A stretch of DNA of 64,000 bases from Massalongia carnosa (taxonomy: Eukaryota): assembly GCA_965645245.1 (NCBI GenBank), contig OZ287082.1, positions 310,001-374,000 of the forward strand, in the 5' to 3' direction. Each line of letters begins with the position of its first letter. The first letter of the stretch is position 1. The notes beneath the pieces were generated by a model. The model did not search any database and had not been told where the DNA came from. It saw nothing but the letters and a program-made list of their open reading frames with translations. The translations under genes were made by a program, and so were the position numbers. Shown piece after piece: positions 24,715-37,207 of the stretch.

Positions 24715-25534
24715 TACACCTCGCACCTTCAAATCCATTTCCATGACAAGTCTTACCCATAGCCATAACAGAAAACTATGAGGAGGAGGCCTACGAAGAA
24801 TGTGAAGTCCTCGAAATAGTAGACTGCCGCGAAACGAGGAAATTCGGGCTGCAGTACAAAGCAACCTCCAATGGCAACTGGGACGAATGGAATGCGCATC
24901 CTTACTGGCAACCATGGACCGATTTCAAGAACTCAAAGGATAAAATCCTTCAATAACATCGAGATCATTCACAGAAGCCCAAACCACCAGATGATCTATC
25001 AAAGATAGATGATAATCACGGAACGGGCAGGGCGCCTGCAACTTAGCGCTTCGGAGACCTTACCAATAGAAAGAGGGGGGTAGTGTCAGGGTCCTAGCCT
25101 GACATAGGGGTTAGAAGGTTCAATGAACATGCCTAGCGTTCAAAGAACATGCACCGCTAATAATATTTCGAGAATCTGATTAGGCTTAGCGCCAGCGGAG
25201 ATCGAAAGAGGGATCACGGGAGTATGCGAGGCTAGAGTGTGTTAGCGCGACACTCGGTGGAGATATTTCTAGCGAGTCACGCACGATAATTCTTTTCTTC
25301 TTTGTAGATAAATTTTGGTTTAATAGAGGTTGATTAGAATCTACGACAACTTTCTCACGATCAAAATGTATTGTAATTGTTGAAATAGTTATATGATTAT
25401 AATTATATGATTAAATAATAAATGACAATATGTATGATCTTGATTTCTAAAATAATGAATTGTTATAAAGCAATCTTTTTCTTTTGAATAATCTTCTTTA
25501 TTAAATAAAGTAATAATAATTTATTCAAAAATAG

Positions 25535-26315
25535 TTCAACCACCAAAGGCACACCCACCATGGTTCGAAGTCTACCCGGCGTGGCACCGCGAAGCTACCG
25601 TTGCGGCAACGGCCCGACACAAGCAGATGCAAACAATCAAAGCACGACAAATGAAGGTCTGGACCGACTCGTGGTGCGCATATCAAAATCGCGTCATCGA
25701 ACCCTCCATAGCACAATCAGTCCCACTGAGCAAAAAACGGCTCAAAATACACACGCAGCTAAAAAAGGCAGAAAGCGCTCTAACAACTCAAATCCGCACT
25801 TGCAAAATCGGGTTAGCTGACTTCCTCTATAAGCGACGGGTGCCCTCCGTCACCTCACCGGCCTGCTCATGTGGCTAGCACAATCAAACTCCAGAACATG
25901 TAATCATGTTCTGCAGACTTATTGGCAATAGAGAACAGATGTTTCGCGCCGCCGGCACGAGCGACTATCAGCAGCTGACCAAATCATCAAAAACTCTGAC
26001 GATTCTAACTGCATGGCTAATAAAAACAGGCTTATTGAATCAATTCTCACTTGCATCAACATTATTGTAAAATCAACAATAGTTGAACCTTTCTTTCTTT
26101 CTTCTCTTTTCACAAGGCATTACAGTTCCCACACGTCTTTTGAACTGCGTCTCCCGCCCGACGTCGACCCGTAGTCACATCGGACGGGTATCAAGGGACA
26201 TGGTTTTTACACCTGTGAAAGGTTTTCCATGTAACATAACTTAGATAGCTTTGCACGCATGGGCCGGCCTTCGGCCGGTGTCATATCGGAGTATGAATAA
26301 ATCATCATCATCATT
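25535..26315 (+). mobile_element. 5'-truncated Tad1-like LINE (ORF2 C-terminus, 3' UTR, (ATC)n tail)
   Basis: KAESALTTQIRT...GLADFL...CSCG, homologous to the end of ORF2 at 61925-62235; conserved hairpin and atcatcatc tail. Confidence 0.88.
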
Positions 26316-26445
26316 ATCAATAATAATTTATTAAAGTTTAAATTACTTAAGATATCATTAAAGATTTTAAATTATCTGTTGTATCGATAAAAATTGAATA
26401 TTCAACATTCTTTTTCAAGTTTTACTAATACTCGATCGTCATATA

Positions 26446-26888
26446 TACGCCGCGTGTAAGGGGTCAAGTCTATCAGCGTGACTACTATATAGATTCGTGA
26501 TAAATGTACGAATAGAGAGTGGTAAATCAATAAATTGATCAGTGACCCCTCGATCGAAGTGGGCGATCAGGTCTTTATCCTATAACCCTACTTCTTCGGG
26601 TCGCGAGTCCGTTGATTTAATTACAGTGATTATGATTGGTACAATGAAAAGAAGAATACGAACACGAGCCGTGTCCTAGTCGGAGATCGGAGATCGGTTA
26701 TAACTACCGATTCGCTTATGTCAGGACGTGCGTGACCTGACACCGCGCAACGGGTTGGGTTTTCGCCATAGAATTACTTTTTCGCCACCGGGTTTCTCTG
26801 AAAACTTAACCCGGACTCCAAAAATCATAGAGTTCGCCACAAACTTGTTGGGTTTTCAGTAGAGAAACCCGACCCGTTGCGAGGCGTA
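26446..26888. mobile_element. MITE (hAT-like, 8-bp TSD) interrupted by a solo LTR
   Basis: TACGCCGCG|CAACGGG...CCCGTTGCGAGGCGTA; flanks GTCATATA/TTCATATA. Confidence 0.85.
26455..26742. mobile_element. Solo LTR inside the MITE TIR
   Basis: TGTAAG...CTGACA; TSD CCGCG; related to 28838 and 29174. Confidence 0.9.
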
Positions 26889-27098
26889 TTCATATAAGAT
26901 TTATAATGATCGAATCTGTTACATGAAGATTATCGAGTTAAGTAATCGAGTTCATACTCAATTTTTTGATAAAAGAAAATAGTTTGACATGAATAAATTA
27001 CTTTGTCAATTCGTTCGTTATCATGAGTTTAATTGAAAAATATGTAAAGTTTTTTCAATTTTTTCGACTTCATTTCAAATGAAGTGATATTAAATATT

Positions 27099-27670
27099 TG
27101 TGAAGAAGCGAGATAGTGAATGAATAGATTTATACCATTGCACCACCTGTTCTCCAGACCAAAAGGTACAATACTTAGTCCGCAGACTAAGCTCTATCTA
27201 CTATAACTGGGACTCCTGCTATGTTCGCTGTAGGTCCTGCCGTCCGCACCACGCATAGTCGAACCGTTACACTACCGCCTATCTAGCTGCGGCTAGCCCC
27301 TAGCCGCATCCAGTTATAGTTAGCCCCGAAGAATAGGCTCTTCTTAGCGAACGGCCCTCGCCAATCCGACTTAGAGAGTTTTTATCCAACGCTTTCCCAT
27401 TTCTTCCAAGCTTCAGTCCGTCGAAGCAAGGCAAAAAAGCGAGGAACTCAGGTCAGGAATCGAACTCACGACTAGTACACCGATTGATGACTAAGTATTC
27501 TGTGACGAAGCGAGATAGTGAATAGATTTCTACTATTGCGCCACCTGTCCTCCAGACCAAAAGGTATAATACTTAGTCCGCAGACTAAGCTCTATTCTAC
27601 TGTAACTGGGACTCCGGTTATATTCGCTATAGGTCCTGCCATCCGCACCACGCATGGTCGAACCGTTACA
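27099..27670 (-). mobile_element. TRIM (two ~170-bp LTRs around a 229-bp non-coding core)
   Basis: LTRs 27099-27271 and 27501-27670; TSD ATATT; minus-strand PPT AGATAGGCGGTAG before TGTAACGG. Confidence 0.9.
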
Positions 27671-27941
27671 ATATTAACGTGTTTAATTCTTGAATGTAAA
27701 ACAAAAGTGTTGATTAATATCATAATATTTTAATTATTATTCTTTAATATTATAACTTCTTATTTTTTTTTAAATATGTTTATCATCATCATCATCATAA
27801 TCTATTTGCATTAAATCGAGTTAAATTATCAATAAACGTATTTATATGATTTTTTTATCAGTCAAAATAAATATCATATATTTTGTTTTCGTAAATAAGA
27901 TTACAGCAATTTGTTATTTCATAAAATATAATTTTACATTA

Positions 27942-28303
27942 CGTAGACGCACCCTGAGCATGGCGGTGGCAACCCAGTAGACCTAGAGGATAGGCTAGAG
28001 CTAGGGATATAGCTATAGGCAAGATAGAAGACGTCATATAACAAGGGGCATGCTGGTCTAGATCAAGAAAACAGTGACCGCCAAGACCACTAATGTAACC
28101 ACTTGGTCACTATGAGTCAGACTTAGCAGTGACCAGTACTGAAACCCCCAGTACCGATCATGTATATAAGGAAGCCTATCTTCCCTTTAGCTAGATTCCT
28201 CGCAGTTAATTTACTAGTAATCCAGAAGGGGATATTCCTGATAACTCTAACCCAGTTCATACTTGATTGCTCATGCACCACTACAGACTATTGAGACGTT
28301 GCA
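27942..28303. repeat. Probable degenerate solo LTR
   Basis: GC-richer island in AT-rich DNA with a TATATAA motif; termini and TSD unresolved. Confidence 0.35.
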
Positions 28304-28443
28304 CTAACGTTATATTTTATTGCTTCGTTGTTTAACTTAAAATCATATTCGATAATAAATTTGCGATCTTTTCTGTCTTCAATTCAGTCAGAATCGAAAT
28401 AAGTCTATAAAAATATATCTCTTTTATCAAATATGATTTCTCT

Positions 28444-28617
28444 TGTAACGGTTAGACCATATGTAATGCGGACGGCAGGACCTACAGCAAACTTGGCAGG
28501 AGTCCTAGTTATAGTAGAATGGAGCTTGGTCTGCGGACTAGTTAAGTATTGTACCTTTTAGTCAGGACGACAGGTTGCGCAATGGTAGAAATCTATTCAC
28601 TATCTCGTTTCGTTATA
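28444..28617 (+). mobile_element. Solo LTR of the 170-bp TRIM family
   Basis: Reverse complement of 27501-27670, diverged. Confidence 0.85.
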
Positions 28618-28837
28618 TCATGTCGGACTAACGGCAGAGATTATGTAACAAGCGAGAAAAGCTTATACAAAATTCTCTTCTTGTAAATTTAGGCTTAGAG
28701 GATTCATCATAAATCCATCAATAAATCAATCATCGATTTCACTATCAAGAGATATTCTTCTGACGTAAATATAAATTCATCATAGAGCTCATTGTTATCA
28801 TAAATTCAGCTCAACATATCTCTATCTTTAATAATAT

Positions 28838-29484
28838 TGTGAGAATATGAGTCAAACAACGTGACTACTATGGGCTTATCCGAGTAAGAATAGATATATG
28901 AGGTGGTTAATCAATTGATTAATCAGTGATTTTTCGAAGAAGTAGGCGATAAAGCCTTTATCCTAAAGCCCTACCATTCTCGGATCACGTTTCGTCATAC
29001 TAATTACAAGTATATGATTGGTGCGCTTATCAACATAGAAAAAAATGTTCCGAGCTTATCAGTATTTAAGCAAGCGGAACAGCAGGACAACGGAAATGAA
29101 TCGGCTGTCGAGTATACTGCTTATGTCAGGAGAGCTTATAAAGCTGACGTGACAGATGAGCTTATAAAGCTGATGTCAGGATAGCTTCCTACAAGACATG
29201 AAGCGGTCGCACTATTCTGCAGGGGGTGCGCGGGAAGACACCCATGCGATAGTCTCAACCGGTCCAATCATGTAATAGTAATTAGTTTGACGAACGTGGC
29301 CTGATCAAGGTGGGGCTATAGGATAAAGAGCCCTTCGACCACCTCTTTCGGAGGGCCACTGATCAATCTATTGATTACACTCCACCTACTGCTATTCTAT
29401 AGCGACTCCTATTCTATTGTCCTACCACTACTGTAGAGACATATAGTCATACTGTTCGTACTTCACCTCACAGCTGACGTGACA
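28838..29484. mobile_element. Solo LTR with a related solo LTR (29174-29472) nested in opposite orientation
   Basis: Outer TGTGAG...GTGACA with TSD AATAT/GATAT; inner TGTCAG...CTCACA with TSD GCTGA. Confidence 0.8.
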
Positions 29485-29908
29485 GATATTAAGATATCGC
29501 AATATATGTTTTGCCTGAATTTTTGAAATATCGACTAATTATTAAAATTGCAAAGACTACGTCTGATCGTGTCTTTATCATGACAAGTATGTTAAATTTT
29601 ATTATGAATTGATATGGCTTAATGTCTGATTCTGAGATCTGAGACTAATTTCTGAATAAACTGTCTTCTTTCATAAAATTAGTTCAATGGTATATGTTGA
29701 AATAGGTATATGACTATGGCTATATGGCTATATAATAATAAAGGTATATATGACCATGATGTTAAGGATAAAGAGTTGCTATGCAGCAATCTTTTCCTAT
29801 TACTGGTCATCCTTCTAAGCGAGGTGATCTTATCTTATCTTGAGACTAAGCCTAATACGGCATCTACGGTTTCCGTAGATTATCTGTCACTCTAGGGCAG
29901 CCGTAGGC

Positions 29909-30201
29909 TGATTATTACTAAGCCTGATGACTCAGCGGTGCTGAACACAGTCATACTATAGTCAGGTCAAGCGATGACTAATGGGACGGGACAGAAGGTC
30001 TGAGCCCACGGGGGAACGTCCGCCCTTTAGTTGGCATAGTTGGCAGAGTACTAAAGAAACTCGACCTCGACTATTCTCACTGATCTATATAATATGGTGT
30101 TAGGCCCACCTAGATAGATCATCTTACACTTTAACTACTCCGTACTAAATTGTTCTACTCTTAACCCACTACACTACTCCTAGTCCAGAGTCACTCTCAC
30201 A
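29909..30201. mobile_element. Insertion (probable solo LTR) in the copia C 3' LTR
   Basis: Absent from the sister LTRs at 35888 and 62561; ends CTCACA. Confidence 0.65.
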
Positions 30202-30226
30202 GTGCTATGTTCATTGAACTGATAGG

Positions 30227-30560
30227 TGTCGATATTAATAGACCGTGGTTCAAGCCAATTCCCGAAGTAAGATCCTGTTGAAGGAAAAGCACATGATTTC
30301 GGACTAATAACCGAGGCCTCGATCTTTCAGATGCTATTTCTTTCTATGCCATATATCTGATTTCTAATACTCAATGATTTCAAAGCATTTTACCTCGCAT
30401 GGGTTCCGGATCACTAATGATCTATTAGTAAATAGAAGTGGCTGGAAGATATCTAGATTATGAAAGAATGTGGCGAAATGGTCTATATAGCTAGCTAGAA
30501 TTTCCAGTTTAGATAGACAAGGAGAACATCATTTTCCAGATCAATAAGAACGGTCCGACA
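30227..30560. mobile_element. Solo LTR in the copia C 3' LTR
   Basis: TGTCG...CGACA; TSD ATAGG. Confidence 0.9.
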
Positions 30561-33500
30561 ATAGGTGTTCATTGTGCTGGTAGGAATTGGATATTCAACA
30601 CCCCCCCTCAAGTCCTACCAGTACTTGATTCCATCGTAGATTCGACCGTAATTGAACTTCTTAACCTCTCATGTCTGTTTGTCCATATTGAGCTGTCTGA
30701 TAAAGGAGAAGAACTTGACGTGCGTAAGGGGTTTTATCAGTCCATCTGCAAACATGTCTTCGGTCGGAACATATGTGAGGTCGATTCTTCCTTCTAGCAC
30801 CTCGTTTCGTATGAAGTGGTGCTGAATGTCGATATGCTTGGTCCTGGAGTGTAATGCGGGATTATTGGCCAGTGCTATGGCGCTTTGGTTGTCGCCTTTC
30901 AATGCAATTGTGCCTTCTCCTATTAACAAGTTTATTGTCGGGGATCCGTCATCAGAAGTCATCAATCCGAGTTCAGTCATCAGTAAACGTAGCCATGTAG
31001 CCTCCTTTGCTGCTAAGGTGAGTGCCATATACTCTGCTTCGGTTGATGGCAATGCGACGGTCGTTTGTCTTTTGGAACACCAGCTTATTGGTCCATTATT
31101 CAGCATGAACACATAACCCGAGGTATATTTTCGCTGCTCTTTGTCTCCGGCCCAGTCAGAGTCAGAATATCCTTGTATAAATAAATCTCCCCCACCGAAG
31201 GTGATGCCTCTATTCTTGGTACCGCTAAGGTATCTGAGAATGTGTTTGGCCGCTTCCATATGTGTTTTGCCTGGATTCTTTGCATGGCGACTGACTACGG
31301 ACGTTGCGAAAGCTATGTCTGGCCTGGTTTCTATCATTGCGAACATGATGGATCCAACCATGGTTTGATATTGCTTTATGTCCTTGTCGGAGGCCTGAGA
31401 TTCATTGATGAGAGACAGCCTTCTCGCATGGGAGTGTTTGTTGTCTTTGCGGTTTGCATATGAAATTTTTCCAATACCTTCTCGATATAGGCTGGTTGAG
31501 ATAGCTTTATGGTTTTGTTGACTCGATCTCGTTCGACTTTGAGGCCTAAATAGTAGCTGATTGGTCCCATGTCTACCATCTTGAAAGCTAGCTTGAGCTG
31601 TTTCTTGACTTCGGTGATCATCGGGGAACCCTTTGGGCCTATGATGTTCAAATCGTCAACGAAAGAGGTAACAATGGGTCCTTTTATCCCTTGAGGTGTG
31701 ACGAGGATGCTATGATCTGCGTGGAGTTTCTCCAGTCCTAATTTGCTCAATAGAAAAGCTGATAGTCGTTCATACCAGAGACGCGGAGACTGTTTCAAAC
31801 CGTACAGGGCTTTATTCAGCCTGCACACCATGCCAGCTTTGTCATATCCTTTCGGCATGTGGACATAGATGAGTTGATCGATGAGACCGTTCAGAAAAGC
31901 TGTCACTATATCCAGTTGCTCGATGTCCAGATCGTGATGGGCAGCTAACGCGAATAGCAAGCGAAAAGCCATTGGTTTGACCACAGATGCAAAGGTTTGA
32001 TCGAAATCTACTCCGTATTGTTGTAGATATTTTTGACAACCTATCTGGCTTTAAAGCGAACGATCTTTCCATTTACGTCCCGTTTCAGCTTGAATACCCA
32101 TTTGCCACTCAAGACTATATGTCCGGGTTCCATGGACTCGGTGGATAATGTATCCCAGGTGTTGTTCTCCAGCAGACTTTTGATCTCCTCATCCATTGCC
32201 AGACTCCATTCGATTGCGTATTTGGAGTTCATTGCTTGATGATATGTTTGTGGCTCAGTTGTGTCTGACTGAATGAACGCATCGTAGTCGTTCAGGTATG
32301 CTGCTCCCTCTATTTCCAGTTCTTTGGCCAGAAGTATGAGTGGGTCTTCTTCGTCTCTATCTGCCAGTGTGGGGATGTGTTCTGGTTCACTTAATGCCTC
32401 ATTTGACAGGAGACTCAGCACTTGTGCGACATGGGCGTGTTTTCTGGGTCTACCTCGTCCATGTTTGGGGATTTCACTTATCTTGGAATTCAACTCTGGT
32501 TGGTCTTTTGAAGAAGTGGGACTGATTTCGAGTGTGGTATCTTTCTCGTTTTGAATCATTATGGAATCGTACGTGGGTAGATCGGTCCCATCTTTGAATG
32601 TGGCGTCTTCATGAATCCGTAAGTCCTTGACCCTGATGACCTTGTAGTCTTTTTCCATAAAGACGCGATAGATGGTGCTTCCGTCATATCCACATCCTTG
32701 ACCCTGATGACCTTGTAGTCTTTTTCCATAAAGACGCGATAGATGGTGCTTCCGTCATATCCACACAGGATTCCTTTCTGAGCCCTCGGAGAAAATTTAG
32801 CAGCCTTGCTGTTTAATCCTTTTCGCTCTTCTTCGTGAATCAACGCATAGACTGTGGATCCGAGAATTCTCAGGTGATCCAGCTTAGGTGACTTCCTCTT
32901 GAAGATCTTATACGGGGTTTTACCTGCCAAGGCGTTGGTTGGTCTGACGTTCTTGGTGTGAACCATGGCTAGAACTACTTCTGGCCACAAGTAGTCGGGA
33001 ATGTCTCCGGCAATGACACTGCATCTTGTCATGTCCATGATGGTTCTACCCATTCGTTCCGCGACTCCGTTTTCCTCTTGAGAGTATGGAGCAGCTGGTT
33101 CAAACCTTATGCCTTGTTCCATGTACCAAACGTCTGACTTGTGACTGCGAAGCTCCGTACCGAAGTCAGTGCGAAAACTGCTTATGGGTTTAGCCTTTCC
33201 AGATTTGTTTTGGGCCATGCTGTAGTACGTCAACAAGTGATTAAACCATTCACTCTTCTTGTGTCCCGTATAGACATGAGTGTATCTGCTAGCATCACAG
33301 GTGAAGTGAAGAGTAAAGTTCTTCAAGAAGTCCTGCTGGCTTGATTGGTCCCACTAGGTCAGAGTATATCTTTTGAAAAAGCTCTGTGGCCCTCTCTTGC
33401 TGTGTTCGGTTGTATATCTTTTTGGCATTTCCCATTTTGCATGCATGGCAAAACCAACCGTGGTTGATATCGTCATCGTACGTTATGTCTAGCGTTTTCA

Positions 33501-35492
33501 AATATTTTTGACACGTCGGAATGTTGAGATGACCAAGTCTTGCATGCCATGTAGTGAGTTTTGATTTGACAGATATTTGACAGATAGTGACGTCCAGTCC
33601 TTGATAGGTGTCCTCGTCCACTTTGCTCAAATGCATCCTCATATCTGGGGTGTCAATGGTCTGTAGCATGAAGTTGATGTCAACTGTCGGTACGTGCCCT
33701 ATGACTTTTGCAGTGGATCCCATGAACAGTCTCCAGTTTGAATTGTCATGGAAGATATCGTGTTGATTCAGCATTCCCAAACTCACAAGGTTCACCGGAC
33801 ATTGAGGAATGTAGAGAACATTGTTAAGAATCAGTATCGACGAGGGTAAGCCGTTCTCCAAGATCAATGTCTTATGAATGGTTCCTCTTCCTGGCGACGT
33901 TCCTGTGGACGTTGACCCTTCTAGATCAGTGGAGTAGCTCGTATAGTCAGTGAACGAGTATCTGGGGTTGCATACGTGCATATCTGCAGCGATGTCCAAT
34001 AACCACGAGTTCTTGTTCAGATTCGTCATGGTCATGACTTTTTGCACTCTTGTGGCCATGACCTGTGTGAGTCAACTACTCACCGTTGGAATGTTGGGTG
34101 ATGTATGAGGTAAGTCCGCCTTCGTTTCTGACGAGGCAGTCTTTTGTTTCTTTGCTCTTCCGGATTCGAGCGAACTTCTATGTCTTTTTAGCTGTGGAAA
34201 CTTCTGCCAACAGTTATCTGGCCAATGACGAGTGTTCTTTCTCTCGACACATTCAGAGAAGGTGCAGGTCCCAAATGGGGCTCGACCTCTCGAGTCAGGT
34301 GTGCTGATATGAAGTGCCTTGGTGTTTTTCATGTTAACAGAATAAGCAACAATGATCTTCATTGCTTCCGACAGGTTTGTGGTTTCGTGTGTCCAATCTC
34401 GTCGTAGTTGGGCTATCAATGGGGAATAGACGTCTGTGGTGTTACCCAGCATCATTCCCTGAAGCATGAACTCCACGGTATGCACATCCACTTTGGCCTT
34501 GTCGTCCAGCATTCCTTTAATTTTGTTTAAAGCGCTCTCGTACTCTACACACTATAGGCTGGTGGTCTCGAAGTCAGTCATCTTCATAGAACTAACCTTC
34601 AGAATGATGTCGCTGATGCTCATTGGTGCTATATCTTGGAATCTATCCTTCAGGATTTTCCACATTTCTGCCGCATTCTTGTTGTCGATGAGGCTGTAAT
34701 GGCACTCCGCAACTAATCCGTGAATAATTCCTATAGCCTTGGTCATCTCGGCCTTCTGTCTATTCTTCTCGTCACGCAGCTCTTTTACCAAGATGCTGAC
34801 AGAAAGACCTTTGGCGTCGAAGCCTGCTTGTATTAAACCTTCCCTGATGGTTTCAGCGGTGATTTCTGATTGATTCTCTATAATGGCTCCTTCGCAGTTA
34901 TTCTTGAGCAGAATGCCCTTCTTATAGCTTGCCCATGCCGAATATCTTTCGACCTTCTCCAAAAGATGTGACGTATCTATGATAGACATAATGGGAGAGA
35001 GAATGGGGAGCAATTGACAAGGCGAGAAACTTGTATAAGTAGTGACTGAAAGAATATGGATCTGTGACCTTTCTTATAGACAAGGAAAAGATTGTCCCTC
35101 CTTAGCCAATGTCCACTCTGATGTCTCAACAGAGAAACCTGTTTGCTTAACATGCTTGTTTGCCATGATGAGAATTTCAACTTAGGCTTTTTCAAGGGTC
35201 CAATTGACCAAACGGAAATTGAGCGCAGGGTTCATCCAATTTGATTTAACCGGCCATGGGCCGATTAATCAATAAGAGGCAACTGCCGCACAATCTCACC
35301 TAGTGCCTTAATGAGGCATAATTGCCAAAAAGAAAGGTCTTTGTGCCTTCGATCAATGAGTTTACTAAGCTCTTTGATATCCGTGGGATTTTGTATTTTT
35401 GCGTGTCCAGAATTCAATCGCGGTTGAAACTGACGCTTTGATGATATTTTTACCAATGGGGCGCTCAGGCCCGGCAATATACTTTTTTCCCA

Positions 35493-35631
35493 TCGACCAT
35501 CGAGCTTAGCAAGCTCTTTGGTGTCCGAGGACTTGATTGCCTTCGACCATCGAACTTAGCAAGCTCTTTGGTGTCCGAGGACTTGGGTGCCTTCGACCAT
35601 CGAGCTTAGCAAGCTCTTTGGTGTCCGAGGG
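35493..35631. repeat. ~2.8 x 50-bp tandem repeat in the copia C leader
   Basis: tcgaccatcga(g/a)cttagcaagctctttggtgtccgagg at 35493, 35543, 35593. Confidence 0.9.
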
Positions 35632-36689
35632 CTTCGGTGTAGTACGATCAATGTGTTCATGCTCTTTCTAACACGCAATTTTTGTGCTTCTGACAAGAAA
35701 TCGCTGTGAACAGAAGAGAGAACTGATTGATGTGATTTGAAGGATCGTTTCTAAAGACACGGAAAGATTTTAGTCATGTGTCTACGATTCAATGAATATG
35801 AACGATGCTTAGCTGATTGCACTGCGATGCTGCTGATTAAAAGCTTCGATTCGTTTAAATCGATAGCACCCTTCCGGGCTCATAACCTGTTGAAATAGGT
35901 ATATGACTATTGCTATGGCTATGTAATAATAAAGGTATGTATGACCGTGATGTTAATGATGAAGAGTTGCTATGCAGCAATCTTTTCCTATTACTGGTCA
36001 CCCTTCTAAGCGAGGTGATCTTATCTTATCTTGGTACTAATCCTAATGTGGCATCTACGGTTTCCGTAGATCATCTGTCAATCTAGAGCAGCCGTAGGTG
36101 CTATGTTTATTGAACTGATAGGCGTTCATTGTGCTAGTAGGAATTGGATATTCAACAGTATATCAGGTAGGGAGGAGAGAAGACTGCATAAAGGTGTGTT
36201 CTATTGAGATCTGTCTACATAGCTATTGTATACTGCCTAGCGCGCCAAGGCTCGCAGGGCTGCGCTAAACCTATAAAGTGGGTTGGAGGATAATTTAACA
36301 AACTAAATAAAGAATTTTCGTTTTGCCTGTAAAACTTCTCAAGAATATATATAAATTGATATAATTTTAACTGTTTTATTTACGCGATTTTGTTTCATTT
36401 TAAATTCAAATAATAATTAATTGAATTCATCTTTCTTATATTAAAAACGATGTTATATTGTTTCTTGATTTCAAAAATTGTCGATAATTTTTTGAACATT
36501 ATGATATTCAAATCGTTAACGAAAAAAATAAAAAAGTAGTTTTTGATATCTTTAAGAGGCAAAAATATTGTGATCTGTATAAATATTCGACCAATTTAAC
36601 TTGATATAGAAAATATTTGATAAACGTTTATAATTATAATACTAATAACTCTTATTCCGATATGGTACTGGCCGAAGGCCGGCCTATGC

Positions 36690-36860
36690 TGTAACGGTTC
36701 GACCAAGCGTGGTGCGGACGGCAGGACCTACAGCGAACATAGCAGGAGTCCCAGTTATAGTAGAATAAAGCTTTGTCTGCGGACTAAGTATTGTGCCTTT
36801 TGGTCGGGAAGGACAGGTGGCGCAATGGTAGAAATCTATTTACTATCTCGCTTCGTCACA
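36690..36860 (+). mobile_element. Solo LTR of the 170-bp TRIM family
   Basis: TGTAACGG...GTCACA; TSD TATGC. Confidence 0.93.
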
Positions 36861-37207
36861 TATGCGGGCAAGTTTATAGGATTATATAATACATGGAAAA
36901 CCTTTTGAGGAAGAAAAACCAAGTAATCCGATACTTCTACGAATACTCTCCGAGTCACCTTCGAGAGATCTTCCTAAAGTACATTTGACCGATGACAAGT
37001 TAAAGAAAAAAATCGACTTATTTAATCGCTAATTGTTTATAATATAAATGCTGTGCTGACAGTGAGAACTGGGTTAGTAAGCCGGTCTTCATCAACTAAG
37101 CGGTAACTAATTTCATCGCTCTGGATAAGTCAGTAATGAGTCGATAATTATTTGTTCCTATAGAGCGTATAATCAAATATCTGTTACTTTTTAGTTTGCA
37201 AAACATG

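Larger units (their letters stand above)
15883..25358 (+). mobile_element. Ty3/gypsy chromovirus B (degenerate), with nested solo LTR and pogo
   Basis: LTRs 15883-~16065 and 25084-~25358, both starting TGTCAGGGTCCTAGCCTGACA; PPT AAGAGGGGGG; CWACRGSGH knuckle; LIDNGS protease; YLDD RT; integrase; chromodomain at ~24780-24970; many stops. Confidence 0.93.
29695..36157 (-). mobile_element. Ty1/copia retrotransposon C, full length, frameshifted
   Basis: LTRs 35888-36157 and 29695-30600; TSD GTATA; PBS GGTTATGAGCCC; PPT GAGGGGGGG; PR WLLDIAA, IN WHARLGH/RTDFG/ENGVAER, RT FVDD, RH YSDSDWAG/STEAEY/HIDIQHH. Confidence 0.95.
29590..36300. mobile_element. Old solo LTR split by copia C
   Basis: TGTTAAATT...AATTTAACA termini; flanks AAGTA/AACTA. 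Confidence 0.6.

Noticed and set aside
27440..27495. Functional tRNA gene
   Set aside because: Only box-like motifs; no full cloverleaf or anticodon arm
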